A model generated the notes under the pieces. It was not told the origin of the DNA. It was given only the letters and a program-made list of their open reading frames with translations, and did not search any database. Source: a virus (Duplodnaviria > Caudoviricetes). Taken from it: DNA of 64,000 bases. Of the stretch, positions 1 through 11,337 are shown piece after piece. Each line of letters begins with the position of its first letter. Positions within the stretch are counted from its first letter, which is position 1. The DNA lies in IMG/VR virus record IMGVR_UViG_3300044854_000085, positions 1 to 64,000 of that record. One strand, given 5' to 3'. Both the position numbers and the translations under genes were made by a program.

Positions 1-39
1 TTAGGAAACCGCTGCTCTATCCATCTGAGCTACGGGGCC
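1..39 (-). tRNA. tRNA-Arg(CCT), 5' half (runs off the window at the anticodon loop); probable att site
   Basis: Reverse complement reads GGCCCCG-TA-GCTCAGATGGATAGAGC-A-GCGGT-TTCCTAA: acceptor strand, D-arm and anticodon loop with CCT. It lies 15 bp from the integrase stop. Confidence 0.9.
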
Positions 40-54
40 AAGCTATTCAGACGA

Positions 55-1245
55 TCACCCGCCGGTCGAATGGCCCTTTTGCCGGCCCTTTTGAGCGCCG
101 TCGATGGCTGCGGCCGCGGCCGCAAGATCCTCTCGCGACACGATGCTGTAGCGATCAAACATCGACCTGGTTCGGTGACCCATGAGCTCCATGATAACCC
201 GCTCGGATACCCCCTGATTTCGCATTTCACGCGCGGCGCTTCGCCGCAGATCGTGGAACGTCCGCGCCGGGATGATCTTCTTTACGCGCACGCATTCCTT
301 CCCTTTGTCGGGCCCTCGCTTTGCGATAAACGTCTCTGGAACGATCGTGCACGGCAGCCCGGCTTTGTAGCACGCGCGCGCCCACGACTTTCTAAATGCG
401 CCGACCTTCTGGCCGTATGCGGTGAACACGTACGGGACGATGGCGGCGACCTTGTCGGTCTCTTCAGGCCTGCCGAACTTCACGTTCTTCGGTTTGGCCT
501 CCGACGCCCGCACGCTCTTGAGCAATTGCCGCAGCTCGGCCGTGAACGGAAACACGCGGCCGTCGCCGTTCTTCGTCGTTCCCGGATCCAGTCGGATCTC
601 GCTGGCGACGAAATCGATGTGGCGCCATTCCAATTCCTGGATCTCTTCATAGCGCCAGCCGGTGAAGAATCCGAACATCGTGAAACTGCGGTACGGTTCC
701 TCCAGCGACGAACAGAGGCGATCGACTTCCTGCCGCGTCAAGAAACCGGTCCGAACGTTCCGTTCAACGAGCATCGGCACGTGAGGCATGTGGAACAGCT
801 TGCGGCCGATCATAGCCAGCCGGAACGTGTGGCGGATCGCCTCCAGCTCGCGGTTGATCGTTCCATTGGCCGGCGTCGGCGTCTCGCCCATGCGCATGCG
901 GATATAGATTTTCAGGTCGGCCGTCGTAATCTGCGACGCTTTGCGTTTTCCGAGCACTGGCAGGATGTGCAGGCGCAGCCGCGCGTCGATGTCGTCGAGC
1001 GATTTCCGTTTGTTGATCTTGTAGTCGGTGATGACGTCCGCGGCCAGTTCCTCAAACAACACCCGGTTGGGTTTGGAAGACACTGGCAAACCGTCGGCGA
1101 TCTCGGCCAACCGCAGCGTGCGTTGCCGTTCGGCTTCGTCCATGGTTCGGTAGTGCTCCGTGTGGCGGATGCCGTTCGCATCCGTGTAGCGCAAGCGGAA
1201 GCAGGCAGGTCCACGTTGTTGTATGCTTCCGGTGAGTCTCCGCAT
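55..1245 (-). CDS. int: Tyrosine integrase (phage integrase family)
   Basis: 396 aa with N-terminal arm-binding-like FRLRYTD and catalytic motifs GWRYEEI (R), FHDLRRS (H-x-x-R) and LMGHRTRSMFDRY (H..Y); adjacent to tRNA. Confidence 0.95.
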   Translation of the reverse strand: MRRLTGSIQQRGPACFRLRYTDANGIRHTEHYRTMDEAERQRTLRLAEIADGLPVSSKPNRVLFEELAADVITDYKINKRKSLDDIDARLRLHILPVLGKRKASQITTADLKIYIRMRMGETPTPANGTINRELEAIRHTFRLAMIGRKLFHMPHVPMLVERNVRTGFLTRQEVDRLCSSLEEPYRSFTMFGFFTGWRYEEIQELEWRHIDFVASEIRLDPGTTKNGDGRVFPFTAELRQLLKSVRASEAKPKNVKFGRPEETDKVAAIVPYVFTAYGQKVGAFRKSWARACYKAGLPCTIVPETFIAKRGPDKGKECVRVKKIIPARTFHDLRRSAAREMRNQGVSERVIMELMGHRTRSMFDRYSIVSREDLAAAAAAIDGAQKGRQKGHSTGG

Positions 1246-1547
1246 TCGGTCCTCCCAAACACCGCGTCCCTCCTAGCCGTCGCAAGCAAATGGGGATGCG
1301 GTGTGGACCGAATTTTACACACTCCGGCTTTTTCCTCTGACTGTTTCTCGTTTCCCAAAAGAGCGGCTGCGTTATGGAGTCATGACCCGGCGCGCGCCTC
1401 GCGGCTGAAAACCCACAAGCGATGGTGTGAAGAAATGTTTTACGACGACGGCTAGTGTGTTGGGTTTCCAACATAAGCTCACTTATGCGAAACAGGTTTT
1501 TCTCATGCGACAGCGGGCCGAAGCGGCGCGCTCTCAGGGATACGTGT

Positions 1548-1886
1548 ATGACGCGCGAACAACAAATTTTTTGGTGGAACGTGAACAGCGAGCGGCTCTA
1601 TCGCCTGACCTGCCGCCAAGGTCACGCGCGGGAGTTCGGGCAGAAATGTTGCCGGCGCTGTCAGGTGCAATTTGTTGCGCGAACGATGGCGCGTTATCCC
1701 GACAAGTACGGACCGATGAAGAGGGCGCAGAAACGCAAGGAGCGCGCACGCAGGAAAGAAGCCTTTATCGCAACTGCCCTTGAGGCCAGAGACCGCGCGG
1801 CAAACCGTTCTCGGATCTTGTCGGCCAAAGACACTGCGCGGTTATTCGGCTGGGCGGGATTTCGCACGATCACGCGCGGGATGTAG
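1548..1886 (+). CDS. Hypothetical protein (Cys-rich, basic)
   Basis: ATG at 1548 with purine-rich leader, CxxC-like motif, oriented toward rep; a competing overlapping frame exists. Confidence 0.4.
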   Translation: MTREQQIFWWNVNSERLYRLTCRQGHAREFGQKCCRRCQVQFVARTMARYPDKYGPMKRAQKRKERARRKEAFIATALEARDRAANRSRILSAKDTARLFGWAGFRTITRGM

Positions 1887-2026
1887 ACGAAACACAAACG
1901 AAAACAGCGCCCGTTGTGGGGCGCCGTTCTCACAGCCTCAGGATTGCGAACCATCGAAGTAACGCAAAGTAAAACAGAGGCAGACGTGCAGATAGTCGCA
2001 CGGCTGCCCGGTGGAGTGCAAGAAAC

Positions 2027-2806
2027 ATGCAGGCAGCGTCAACGTCGACAAGCCGCGAACGCGTCAACATCGCGGTCTACCATGCGATCCTTGAGAACTC
2101 CAAAGCCACCGGTCACCACCTAGCCCTGTTGCTCGTGCTCGCAAAGTGGGCCGACAACAAGGGCGAATGCTTTCCCTCCGTCCCCACTCTCGCGAAGTAC
2201 TGCCACTGTAGCGTCCGGACCATCCAGCGCCTGGTCGTCGAGCTCGTCGCAAACAGGGAGCTCCAAGTTGAAAAGGGCGGCGGCAGCCACAAAGCGACAA
2301 ACCTCTATCGCATCCTCGCCGTGCGCGGACCGGTGACATATCTGTCACCGGTGACACTGTTGTCACCGGTGACAAAACGTGCGCGTACAGGTGACAAATC
2401 CGGTAAACGACGGGTGACAACTGTGTCACCCAAAGAAGCATTAGAAGAATCAGTGAAGAAGAAAACGCGCGCGCGCGCGAAGGGAAAACCGCGAACGCTG
2501 TGGCCGGCCGAACAGCCCGATGTATCGAACCCCTGGCCGGCAATTCTGGCCGAGCTCCGGAAAACGACGGACGTCCAGACCTTCAACACCTGGTACAGGG
2601 CGACCCGTTTTGTCGCGGTGAGGGGCTGTCACCTAATCGTGGGAGTGCCTAACACGCTGTTTGCCGAATGGCATGATCATGAAACCCCATACACGTGGGC
2701 GGCAGCCCAACGCGCCGGATTCACCGACATCAAGCAGCTCCACTTTCAGGTCGTCGACGACTGGCAATCGCTCGACAAGCCGAAAGCGCGCGCAGCGTCT
2801 CCCTGA
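2027..2806 (+). CDS. Phage replication initiator: N-terminal HTH_36-like domain, C-terminal DnaA N-terminal-like domain
   Basis: LALLLVLAKWADNKGECFPSVPTLAKYCHCSVRTIQRLVVEL (wHTH initiator signature); WPAILAELRKTTDVQTFNTWY...LIVGVPN (DnaA domain I-like); internal iterons. Confidence 0.8.
   Translation: MQAASTSTSRERVNIAVYHAILENSKATGHHLALLLVLAKWADNKGECFPSVPTLAKYCHCSVRTIQRLVVELVANRELQVEKGGGSHKATNLYRILAVRGPVTYLSPVTLLSPVTKRARTGDKSGKRRVTTVSPKEALEESVKKKTRARAKGKPRTLWPAEQPDVSNPWPAILAELRKTTDVQTFNTWYRATRFVAVRGCHLIVGVPNTLFAEWHDHETPYTWAAAQRAGFTDIKQLHFQVVDDWQSLDKPKARAASP
2332..2430. repeat. Iteron cluster / putative phage origin within rep
   Basis: Two perfect 14-bp palindromes TGTCACCGGTGACA (2343-2356, 2361-2374) plus GGTGAC(A)/TGTCACC half-sites at 2332, 2390, 2413 and 2424. 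Confidence 0.8.
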
Positions 2807-2857
2807 CGGCGCGCTTTCATGCAGTTTATGCAGTTATGCGTTTCGTAGGAGGCCGAC

Positions 2858-5800
2858 ATGGAGAAAATCACAATTCGAAATCTGGACCCACTCAGCGACG
2901 AGGCGGGCCGCGTGATGGAATGGCGCGATCGCTTCTCAAAGAAGCTCCCGCCGCGGCAGCGCGCAGTGCTGGACGACATCGCCGAACAAGTCACGTTTCC
3001 TTCGCGCGGTCCGTTGTCGCAGAAAGCGATGGAGCAGCTCATAACAATCCTGGCTGCCGCCGGCATTCCGGTAAAACCGATCCTAATCGAGGCGCTTATT
3101 TGCGAGAACACTCCGCTCAATCTCAGGATCGTGGGCCGGCCGTCCGAAGGCGAGTAAGGAGAAGTTTTGAATGTCTGCGCGTCCCAAACTCCAACTCGTT
3201 ACGGAACCGCCGAAGCCACCGAAGCCAACACCGGCGCCTCCGCAACTAGAACTTACCGGCGCGCCCGTTTTCGGCGATCCCGCCTGGATCCGACAGCGCG
3301 GTCCCCTCAAGCCGCGGCGGTATCGCTTCCCGAAGCGCAAGCCTCGGAATTTCTACACCGCGATCTGGCAACGGATCGAAGGCGAGTGGACGAAACTGCA
3401 TTGCAAAGTCTGCAAGAGCCCACACTGGAGAATCCTGGAATCCGACGAGATCTTCGTCCGCTTGTGTTGCATGGGTGGACACGAAGGCCGATGCCTATTG
3501 GGTTATGCAGTACGGAAACCGGAGGAGTGAACCCGTGAGTTTGACCATTCAGCCCTGGGCGCTCCACGAATTACGGTGGAGCAAGCATTACTACGAAGAA
3601 GGCCACCCCAAATGCATCTGTTCGCTATGCGGAGAGGTTATCGGCGTACCCGACGACGATCCACGCAAGCTGGCGCATGATCCCGATTTTTGCGACGCGC
3701 AGACCACGGGCGACTGTGACTTGTGCGAGATCGCGATCCGGATCTTCAAGGGCGAAGGCCGCGACTGCGTTGCGCAGCAGTACCACTTCAAGTGCTTTAT
3801 CCGTGTTTGCCGGCCGAGGCCCGCGCTCGGACCGGCCGAACAACAGGAGGTTTCGCAATGACGACGATCGAGTCCGAATGGGAAACCTTCGCGCGCGAAG
3901 TTGTGCCGCCCGACGCGAACCCGGTACAGCGCCAGGAAATGCGCCGCGCTTTCTACGCCGGCGTGCGCTCAATGTTTCACATCGGAACCCGCGAGTTGGC
4001 CGCATTGTCGGACGACCATGCCGAGGAACGCTTGCAGAAAATCGAGCGTGAACTGAAGCAGTTTGGCGACGACGGTCCGAGGTATCGCTTGAGCGAATAC
4101 AAACACGCCGAGGCCTTCAACCTAATGCACTACGAGTGCGAGCGGTGCAAGAAGCGTGAGGTCCTCTGGAATTCTCGAGACGGCGTCACGCCGTTCTGTA
4201 TCTCTTGCCGGGATTGCACAAACGCGGTTGCGCAACACGTCGATTTTAATCGCGACGTGCGCGATCCGAACTTTGGACGGCAGCTCTTTCTCAAGGCGTT
4301 CCGGAATATGCGCGTGTTCATCGATGCCAGTCCCGACAACAAACATATTCAGGAGTCGGCGGCTAAGTACGTGGAGAAGTATTGGAACGATGCAGAGTAT
4401 CAGATGCGCAACAACTTCTCCGACAAACCCGCCGCGATAGCCTATTTGATCAAAGACTGGACAAAGCCGGGCTCGCCGGCGATCGTGACGGCCGAAGAAT
4501 TCATCACCGGATCATGGAGGAAGGCTTGAGCGACCAGCGCAGCAAAGAGCTCGAACGCGCATACGCGATGTACATCGCCGCGATCGACGCCCCGCCGTCT
4601 GGTAACGATTATCCCTTCGGCCGACTGCAAGGACTCGGGGATGCCTGGATTGAAATTCAGATGCTCCTGGAGCAACGCGAAGGGACCGGTGAATGAACTT
4701 GGAGCCGTTGTGGCAGCGTCTCAACGAGCGCGCTATTCGACAGAAGCAAGAGGCCCAGATGATCCGACGGGCGATCGAAGCGTCCCAACGGTGTTCGAGC
4801 CCGCGCATTCTGAGCGAGAGCGAAGCCGCGGAATTATTTGGTGAACTTTGGAAGGAGGAAGACTGTGGCTGCAAAGAATCAACTGATCACAAAGAGCGTC
4901 GGGAAAGAGCCCGCGCAGCGGTGCTATGAAATCGCGACAACGGAGGGGTTGTGGTCTGTCCACGGATGGTCTCTGCCGATTAATCCCCATCTTGCTTATC
5001 GCCTGCGCTATCTCGAGCCCGAAGAAATGTCGTGGACCGTGGACCATATCCCTTCGGGGTTGTCGGTGTCACAGCGCGCGAAGCTGACGAAGGAACAAGC
5101 GGTCGGACTAATCCTGCTCATTGGACATCTCGACTGGTCCGACAGAGACGAGGCGCGCAAACACGGGCCGGTTGTTTATGAAGCGATGGACACACTCAAG
5201 ATCGATTACGGCCGCGGCATTCGCATCGCGGAGGGGGAGTCGGTCCACATCGATCTGACGAAGATGAAAGACGGCGAGAGCGTGACGTTTCGGTTCAGGT
5301 GACCTTATGGACCGAACGATGACGCTTACTGAAAGACAGGCCGCGATGAAGGCGCTGAGTCGATGGCGAAAGCGCGGACGGTTTAAGCGCGCAGTCTGTC
5401 CCGCGTGCCACGAAACAGTCGCGTTACGCAAAAGCGGCGGTCACCGAAAACACGCAGATTATTCGAAATGGCCGGTGACTGTCTGCCGCGGATCCGGTCC
5501 GCCGCTCGATCGCGCGGGTCGGCTCATTCAGGAGGGATTCAAACCATGCCAGACGACCACGCGTATGTTTCGACGGCGTGCATCCACGAATTGCATGACA
5601 GGTGTCGGTTGACATGCAAATTCTGCGAGGCCATCTGCCGTTGTCCCTGCCATGGCGCCATTCCGGATCCGGCCGAGCTGTCGGCCGCCGTCCCGATCGA
5701 GGAGGAGGTTCTATCGTGAAGGTTCGATATGGTCCCTACGTCCATGTCCCACATCTGAGTCGCCGGCTTCGGAATGAGCTCTATGAAGCGCCGTCGACGT

Positions 5801-7339
5801 CGCGCGAGTTGAGCGTGGTTCTGGCAATTCCTCTTCGGACCGTTCAGGTCGGCCTGTGGATACTCACATCGCAAGGCCATGCACGCGTCGCCGGAGTCGT
5901 TCCGGGTGAACTGCGAAGGGGACCGCGGCTGAAGCTGTACAAACTGACGCCGGCAGGCCGGTACATGGTGCGGAAGGCCGCAGCATGAAGCAGCTCTGGA
6001 AGAACTTGTGTGAATGGCGCCGCCACACGCTTGCGCGCCCCGTCCCGATGCGCCCCGAAGCGCGCTCACCGCATCCGCCAAACAAGCGCCGGCTCGAGCA
6101 ATTGCTTGTCGATCTGGAACAGATCCGTCACGAGCTCGACCGATACGTCGATACCGTGCAAGGCGTTGCGGAGGCGCAATCGTTTCTCCGCCTGGCGCTG
6201 TTGCAAGTGAAAGTGATTTCGCCAAAATCCGCGCGCCAGGCCGCACCGGGGTTGAGGCATTTCGAGGAACGCGAATGAAAAAGAAAAGCTGCCCCAGATG
6301 TAAAGCTGTTTTGCCGCTCTCGCAGTTCAAGCAATACCTTCGAGAGGGACTGCCCACGATCAACACGTATTGCAAGACCTGCCAGCGCCGGTATAACGAA
6401 GAGTACAACCGGCAAAACGAGCGCGAGTACAACACCGGATCGCTGGAGTGCTTGTGGCGTCGCCTCAATCGACGCGCGGCCGCAAGGAAAGCGGCATCCG
6501 CACCGCCGGCCGAAGCGGCGGAGCCGCGCTCGCGCGTGATGGATTCTGTGCGTCACATGCGTGCGAGCACCGGTCAACTGATACGTCGCTTTGGAGGGTA
6601 AAGACGTGACGGCCGATATCGTCTACTTCGGCGGGAAACTACTCCGCGACTATTTTCGCTGCTACCGGAAAAGGAAGTTCGAGACCTGGAACCAGGCGAA
6701 GAAGGCGGCGCGGTGGGCCCGAAAGCAAACGGGCCATTGCAACATCACGCCTTACAAGTGCGCGATCTGTTTGTGTTTCCACATTGGACATGACAAGCGT
6801 GTTCCGCGCGAACGCGCCGCGGTCGCCTCATGAAGCATATTGCTCTGACCTTGATCACGTTGGCGATGGTGCTCAACGCCTTCGCGATGTTCTTGCTTCT
6901 CCGCCGTCGCTGAACACGAACTGGAGTACTCCTCGCTTCGCGCAGTAACATAACTCAACGCGCCCTCCTGCGAGGGTTTCAAACAAAGGGAGAAAAGGAC
7001 ATGGCGAGTAAGCCACACAACCGCGACCGCGCGGGTCAACAGACCGGCGAACGCCAAGGGAGCATCGGCCGGCTTTCGAACATCGACACCGTTGTCGACA
7101 GACAGCGTCAGCTCGAAGCCAAGTACGGCATCGCTCTCAACCTCAGCTTCGGCGGTCCGCACATTCCTGGGTATGAGGGGCAGGATATGTGGACGGTGCG
7201 CATCTCGCGCGCCGACACGCAGTTCACGATCGTGGATCTGCAACTGCCCTCGGCCACCGAAGTCATCAGCGTCGGCTTGAATGCCGCGGCCGAGTGGCTG
7301 GCGCAACACCAGACACGCCGGGGCAAAGAGGCGGCCTGA
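2858..7339 (+). CDS. Run of ~15 tightly coupled small phage hypothetical ORFs (2858-3157, 3171-3530, 3535-3861, 3858-4529, 4693-4929, 4838-5302, 5307-5612, 5716-5988 wHTH-like, 5985-6278, 6275-6601 Zn-finger, 7001-7339, etc.)
   Basis: ATGA/GTGA stop-start overlaps, GGAG/GGAGG RBSs and frequent CxxC motifs, typical of a phage early/nin region. Individual functions not assignable. Confidence 0.75.
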
Positions 7340-7380
7340 CGGGTTTGGGTAAGATCATAGAATAGAAAGGAGAAGCTCCA

Positions 7381-7494
7381 ATGGGATTCGACACCAGCCG
7401 ACAGGCGCCACGGCCGAAACGGGCCACGAAGCCGGCGATGCCGCCGAAGAAGGCCCCCAAGGCCGGCGCGAAGACGACGCGCAAATCCTCATAG
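7381..7494 (+). CDS. 37-aa Lys/Pro/Ala-rich basic peptide
   Basis: Strong RBS AAAGGAG, then MGFDTSRQAPRPKRATKPAMPPKKAPKAGAKTTRKSS*; below the ORF-track cutoff. Confidence 0.5.
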   Translation: MGFDTSRQAPRPKRATKPAMPPKKAPKAGAKTTRKSS

Positions 7495-7694
7495 TCAATA
7501 TCCCCGCGTCGTCCCGGGTTCTGTCGTAATGACGGCGATCATACGGCGTCATGGGATCCATCCGGCGCGGGGCTTCAGTCAGCGTTTTCGCTGCCGCCGC
7601 CTTTTGATCTGAGCGTGATAGGCTGCGTTGCTTATCCGCCAGCCCCTTAAAAATCCAACACAGCCTGGCAGGTATGGCAGGACTGTTCTGTAGT

Positions 7695-7880
7695 CTATTT
7701 CTTTCTGGGCGGATTCTTCCCTGGGTGAGCTAGTCGCCATGCTTCACGGATGAGCCGGCGCACGACATTCGATCTGTTGCCCGGCTGGGTCTCGTCACGG
7801 TCCGCAAGATCGCGCAGCATGTGCTGCGTCTCTTCGTCCAGCGTAAACATGACGTTTTTTTGACGACGTTCAACAGGCAT
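7695..7880 (-). CDS. Ribbon-helix-helix (CopG/Arc-like) repressor
   Basis: MPVERRQKNVMFTLDEETQHMLRDLAD...NRSNVVRRLIREAW has the beta-strand/helix/helix RHH pattern; divergent from the downstream operon. Confidence 0.75.
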   Translation of the reverse strand: MPVERRQKNVMFTLDEETQHMLRDLADRDETQPGNRSNVVRRLIREAWRLAHPGKNPPRKK

Positions 7881-7960
7881 ATATGCAGTGTGAATGCAGA
7901 CACGCCGTTCGTCAATAGGATTCGGCATTGACACTGCATATGCAGTGCATATATGCTACT
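7877..7960. promoter_or_regulatory. Divergent promoter pair with palindromic operators
   Basis: TTGACA (7928-33), 18 bp, TATGCT on +; TTGACG-17-CACACT on -; 16-bp palindrome CACTGCATATGCAGTG (7932-47); GCATATATGC at 7877 and 7947. Confidence 0.7.
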
Positions 7961-8013
7961 TCAGTGTTTGGCAATCGAGATTCCGGCGCGGGCCGCCCAA
8001 CTGGAGGGAAACG

Positions 8014-9949
8014 ATGAAGATCGAACTCGATATCGAGACCAACACGGGCAATGTGCCGGCCGTCGAGGCCAGCATTTTGAGAGCGCTCCTGGAGTACACC
8101 GAAACCGTGACGGCGGTGCTCCATCTGAGCGTGACGCATGAATCACCTTATGTCTGAAACAAAGAAAGGAATCTCGGCGGGGTTCCGCATGGGGCGGACG
8201 GGCTCCGAAGGCAAAAGGGCCGAGCCGGACGCCGCCGCCGTTACAGGAGAAATTATGAAAATCATCACAACACTGATCACAACGCTAGTCATCGTCGCGG
8301 CGCTTGCCGGATTGAGCCTGGAAGCCCGAGGTTTTGTCGAGAACGTTCAAGCAGCGGCCGTTTCGGTGGCGCAGGTATTCAACCGATGAAAAGAGCGGCA
8401 TCACTCATCGAGAAACTGGACAGCGACCAGAAGACCGAGCTCAAGAGCCTGCTGGCCGACATCGCAAATTCGCAGGAAACCTTTTGGGATAACCTGCGCG
8501 CCTTCGAGAACGCCGCTGCAGGCGCGGGCATTACGGTCGATCTAGACGGCACGTCCGACTTCATCGACTACACCGACGTAACAGACGAACAACTGGAAGA
8601 AATTCTGAAAGCCTATATCGAAGAATCCGAGGAAGAGAAGGAAGAGTAGCCATGCCATACGGTGACGACAACGACAACCTCAACGGCCGCTCCAGGCCGA
8701 GCCCCGGAATGCCGGACCAGTTCGACCGGATCATGGGCGCGCTCGACGGCTTGCCCGATGTGGAGCATACGCGGCCTGCCACAATTCGCGTCGTGCCGCC
8801 TCTCGGTATCGGCGGGGCGCAACTGTGGGTTGTGCAAACGTTCCGGCAAAAAGACCAGGGGGACGTGATCTTCCTTGAGACCGTCGCCGGCAGCATCGCG
8901 ACGCGACTGCCCATCCCTGCGAAGGTCGCGGATCTGATCGCACGGCAGCGCGACCAGCTCAGCGGCCAGATGCGCAGCAAAGCGGCGAAGGCCTCAGCTC
9001 AGGCGCGCAAAGACCGCGGCGAGCTACCCGCGTTCATGAAGAGGAAACCCGCGAAAAGAAAGAAGAAGGCCAAGGCCGGAACGGAGAAACAAAAATGAGC
9101 ATGAACATTTACACCGATCTTTGGTTGTCGCCGAAGGATTATGAGCGGCCGAAGTTTCGCAAACTCTTCGACAACGGCGGATGGGATTTCGAATTCGAAG
9201 GCGAGGACAACAAGCCCGACGCAGAGGGCCTGATTCACCTTTACGCTCCCGAGCACGCATCCTTCGACGAAATGCAGCAACTGGCGGCCGACGGATTGGC
9301 GTTCTTTGCGCGTGAAGACTCGCGGTCCGAAAGCGAGGGCATGCAGTCGCTCTACGTCGCTCACCGCCGCCGCACGGTTTACATACAGGAGGACGGCTCC
9401 GGGTGTCCTGTTGTACCCGTCAAACAAGACGGCAAGCCGGATCGCGAACTACTCAAAGCCGCGCGCCAGTTCCACCGGCTGAAGGCAAAGGTCGTCACGC
9501 ACGCGCTGAAACAGGCGCAACCGGAGGCGAGCCATGCTTGAGACGCTCTACAACCAGTACGCCAAAAGCGGCACGGTCCAACTGTATGAAACGGCGCACT
9601 CGGCCGGGGAGTGCAGCTACGGGCACACCGGCCATTGCACAACACAGCCGCAGCGGATGTTCCGCGGATTCACGCCCGGAATGTCACGCAGGCTGTGTTT
9701 CGGTCACGCGGTGAAATTCGCGAAACGGCACGGCATGCCGGCGCCGGAAGACAAGGGGAACTGACCGTGGAAGAGTTTGTTGTCGAGATTCGATTCCGTG
9801 CCGAGACCGACATGACGTCGCCTCAGATCGAGCGCCGGCTTCTGGGGGAGCTGCGCCGACGCCTTGATTGGCTGGTGGATGATGACAGCTTGGATTGCGA
9901 AGTCATGGCAAGAACCGAACGTGGAACGGAAGTACCGCAGCGGACATGA
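8014..9949 (+). CDS. Operon of small hypothetical ORFs (8014-8157, 8257-8389, 8386-8649, 8652-9098, 9095-9541, 9534-9764, 9767-9949)
   Basis: Overlapping start/stop codons and RBSs downstream of the TTGACA promoter. Confidence 0.7.
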
Positions 9950-10059
9950 AATACGGCCGGACGCAATCGAACAACACCGGCGGGGCCGGCATGCGTCGCT
10001 ATTGGGGAATTCGTGAGCCAGTCTGCATCACGCGTTCCTTCACTGACCTTGCGTCTTTT

Positions 10060-10257
10060 TTAAACATCCTCCGAAGAACGGCGTGCGCGCCTGCGGAGCA
10101 ATAAATACTCGATCGCGAGACGCGTCCGCTCATCGATCGGAAGTAGGCCGGCTTCCCACTTCGCCACCGTCACGCGGTGCACCTGGAGCACGTCGGCGAG
10201 TTCGGCCTGGGTGAGTTTGAGTCGCTGACGTTTCGCTTTGAACTGCTCAGGAGTCAT
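10060..10257 (-). CDS. XRE/Cro-family HTH protein
   Basis: MTPEQFKAKRQRLKLTQAELADVLQVHRVTVAKWEAG is a classic HTH_3 pattern. Confidence 0.88.
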   Translation of the reverse strand: MTPEQFKAKRQRLKLTQAELADVLQVHRVTVAKWEAGLLPIDERTRLAIEYLLLRRRARRSSEDV

Positions 10258-10409
10258 TGCATTGAACCTCCCCTCATACAGCGTTCGTCGATAAACAGAT
10301 CTATTGCTGCATCCTCCCCAAACGCCTGCGAAACTCGGGCGCGCAGCGCGCTGGTTGGGACGTCCATGAGTTCCTCCGCGCGGAAGGGGCCCGAAGGCCC
10401 CGTGCCCGT

Positions 10410-11270
10410 TTATGCCATTTTGATCTCGGCCATTTTCTCGGCGAGGGTCCAGAGTGCGCGGTTCAAGCGCACATCTTGATCGATGCCCTTCACGGTGCGG
10501 GTTGTCGTGCGCTGAGCGGCTCCCGATTTGTAAGCACTGAGTCCGCCTTTGATCACGTTCTCCTGCACGCGATTGAACACGGACCACAGATCCGCACTGC
10601 GGTCGTCATAGCGACGAGTACGGAGCAACTGTTCGGAGTGGATCGGTGTATCCACGCGGCCTTCAGCGTCCGCAAAGCGGATCACGTGCGCTGCCTCGGC
10701 GAAGGCGGACTGTTCAGCCGCGGAGAGTTGAATCTGTTGCCAGCGGGCGACCGCGTCGATGGCGGCAGGCATGTTCTCGACGAGCTGCACCGATCCGGAG
10801 GCGACATCTTCGATCACGTTTCCGGTATGACGAACATTGATGGATCCGATCATGGAATCCGCCACAATCAGGCCGTTTGAGCAAACCAGCCGGAAGATGC
10901 CAGCCATGAGCTTGTAGGCGCTCGATCCGTCGTGCGAGTTGATTAGCACGACTTCCGGAAATGTACCCCCGACGCTGACAGCGGTGTCTTGCGAGCGGAA
11001 GCGAATCATGTGCTTCGCATGCTCTTTCCTGTCTTGGACACGCACGACCGATTGGGACGCCGCGAACGGCTGAAAGCCGTAGCGTTTCATGCCGTCAATC
11101 ACTGCGACCGTGGGAATGTAGGCGTATCGCGCGGACATGCCATGGTAAGCCTCGGTGGCGAACGCCGACGGAGCGGCTTGGCGGATTTGATCCAGGGTTA
11201 AGGGTTGATGACTGTTTCGGATCGGACGCGGGTTAAAATCGATCGCAGCTTTCATTGGACTAGCCTCCAT
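10410..11270 (-). CDS. DUF932/DUF945 family mobile-element protein
   Basis: HAKHMIRFR, PEVVLINSHDGSSAYKLMAGIFRLVCSNGLIV, DLWSVFNRVQENVIKGG and DQDVRLNRALW are family signatures. Confidence 0.88.
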   Translation of the reverse strand: MEASPMKAAIDFNPRPIRNSHQPLTLDQIRQAAPSAFATEAYHGMSARYAYIPTVAVIDGMKRYGFQPFAASQSVVRVQDRKEHAKHMIRFRSQDTAVSVGGTFPEVVLINSHDGSSAYKLMAGIFRLVCSNGLIVADSMIGSINVRHTGNVIEDVASGSVQLVENMPAAIDAVARWQQIQLSAAEQSAFAEAAHVIRFADAEGRVDTPIHSEQLLRTRRYDDRSADLWSVFNRVQENVIKGGLSAYKSGAAQRTTTRTVKGIDQDVRLNRALWTLAEKMAEIKMA

Positions 11271-11337
11271 TGAGAGTTAGAAGCCCGTCCGGTGTTTGCG
11301 CGCCGGGCGGGTTTCGCGTTTAACTGACTACTTTACT

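Noticed and set aside
70-1455. 461-aa plus-strand ORF
   Set aside because: Antisense shadow of the integrase in GC-rich DNA; no recognisable motifs.
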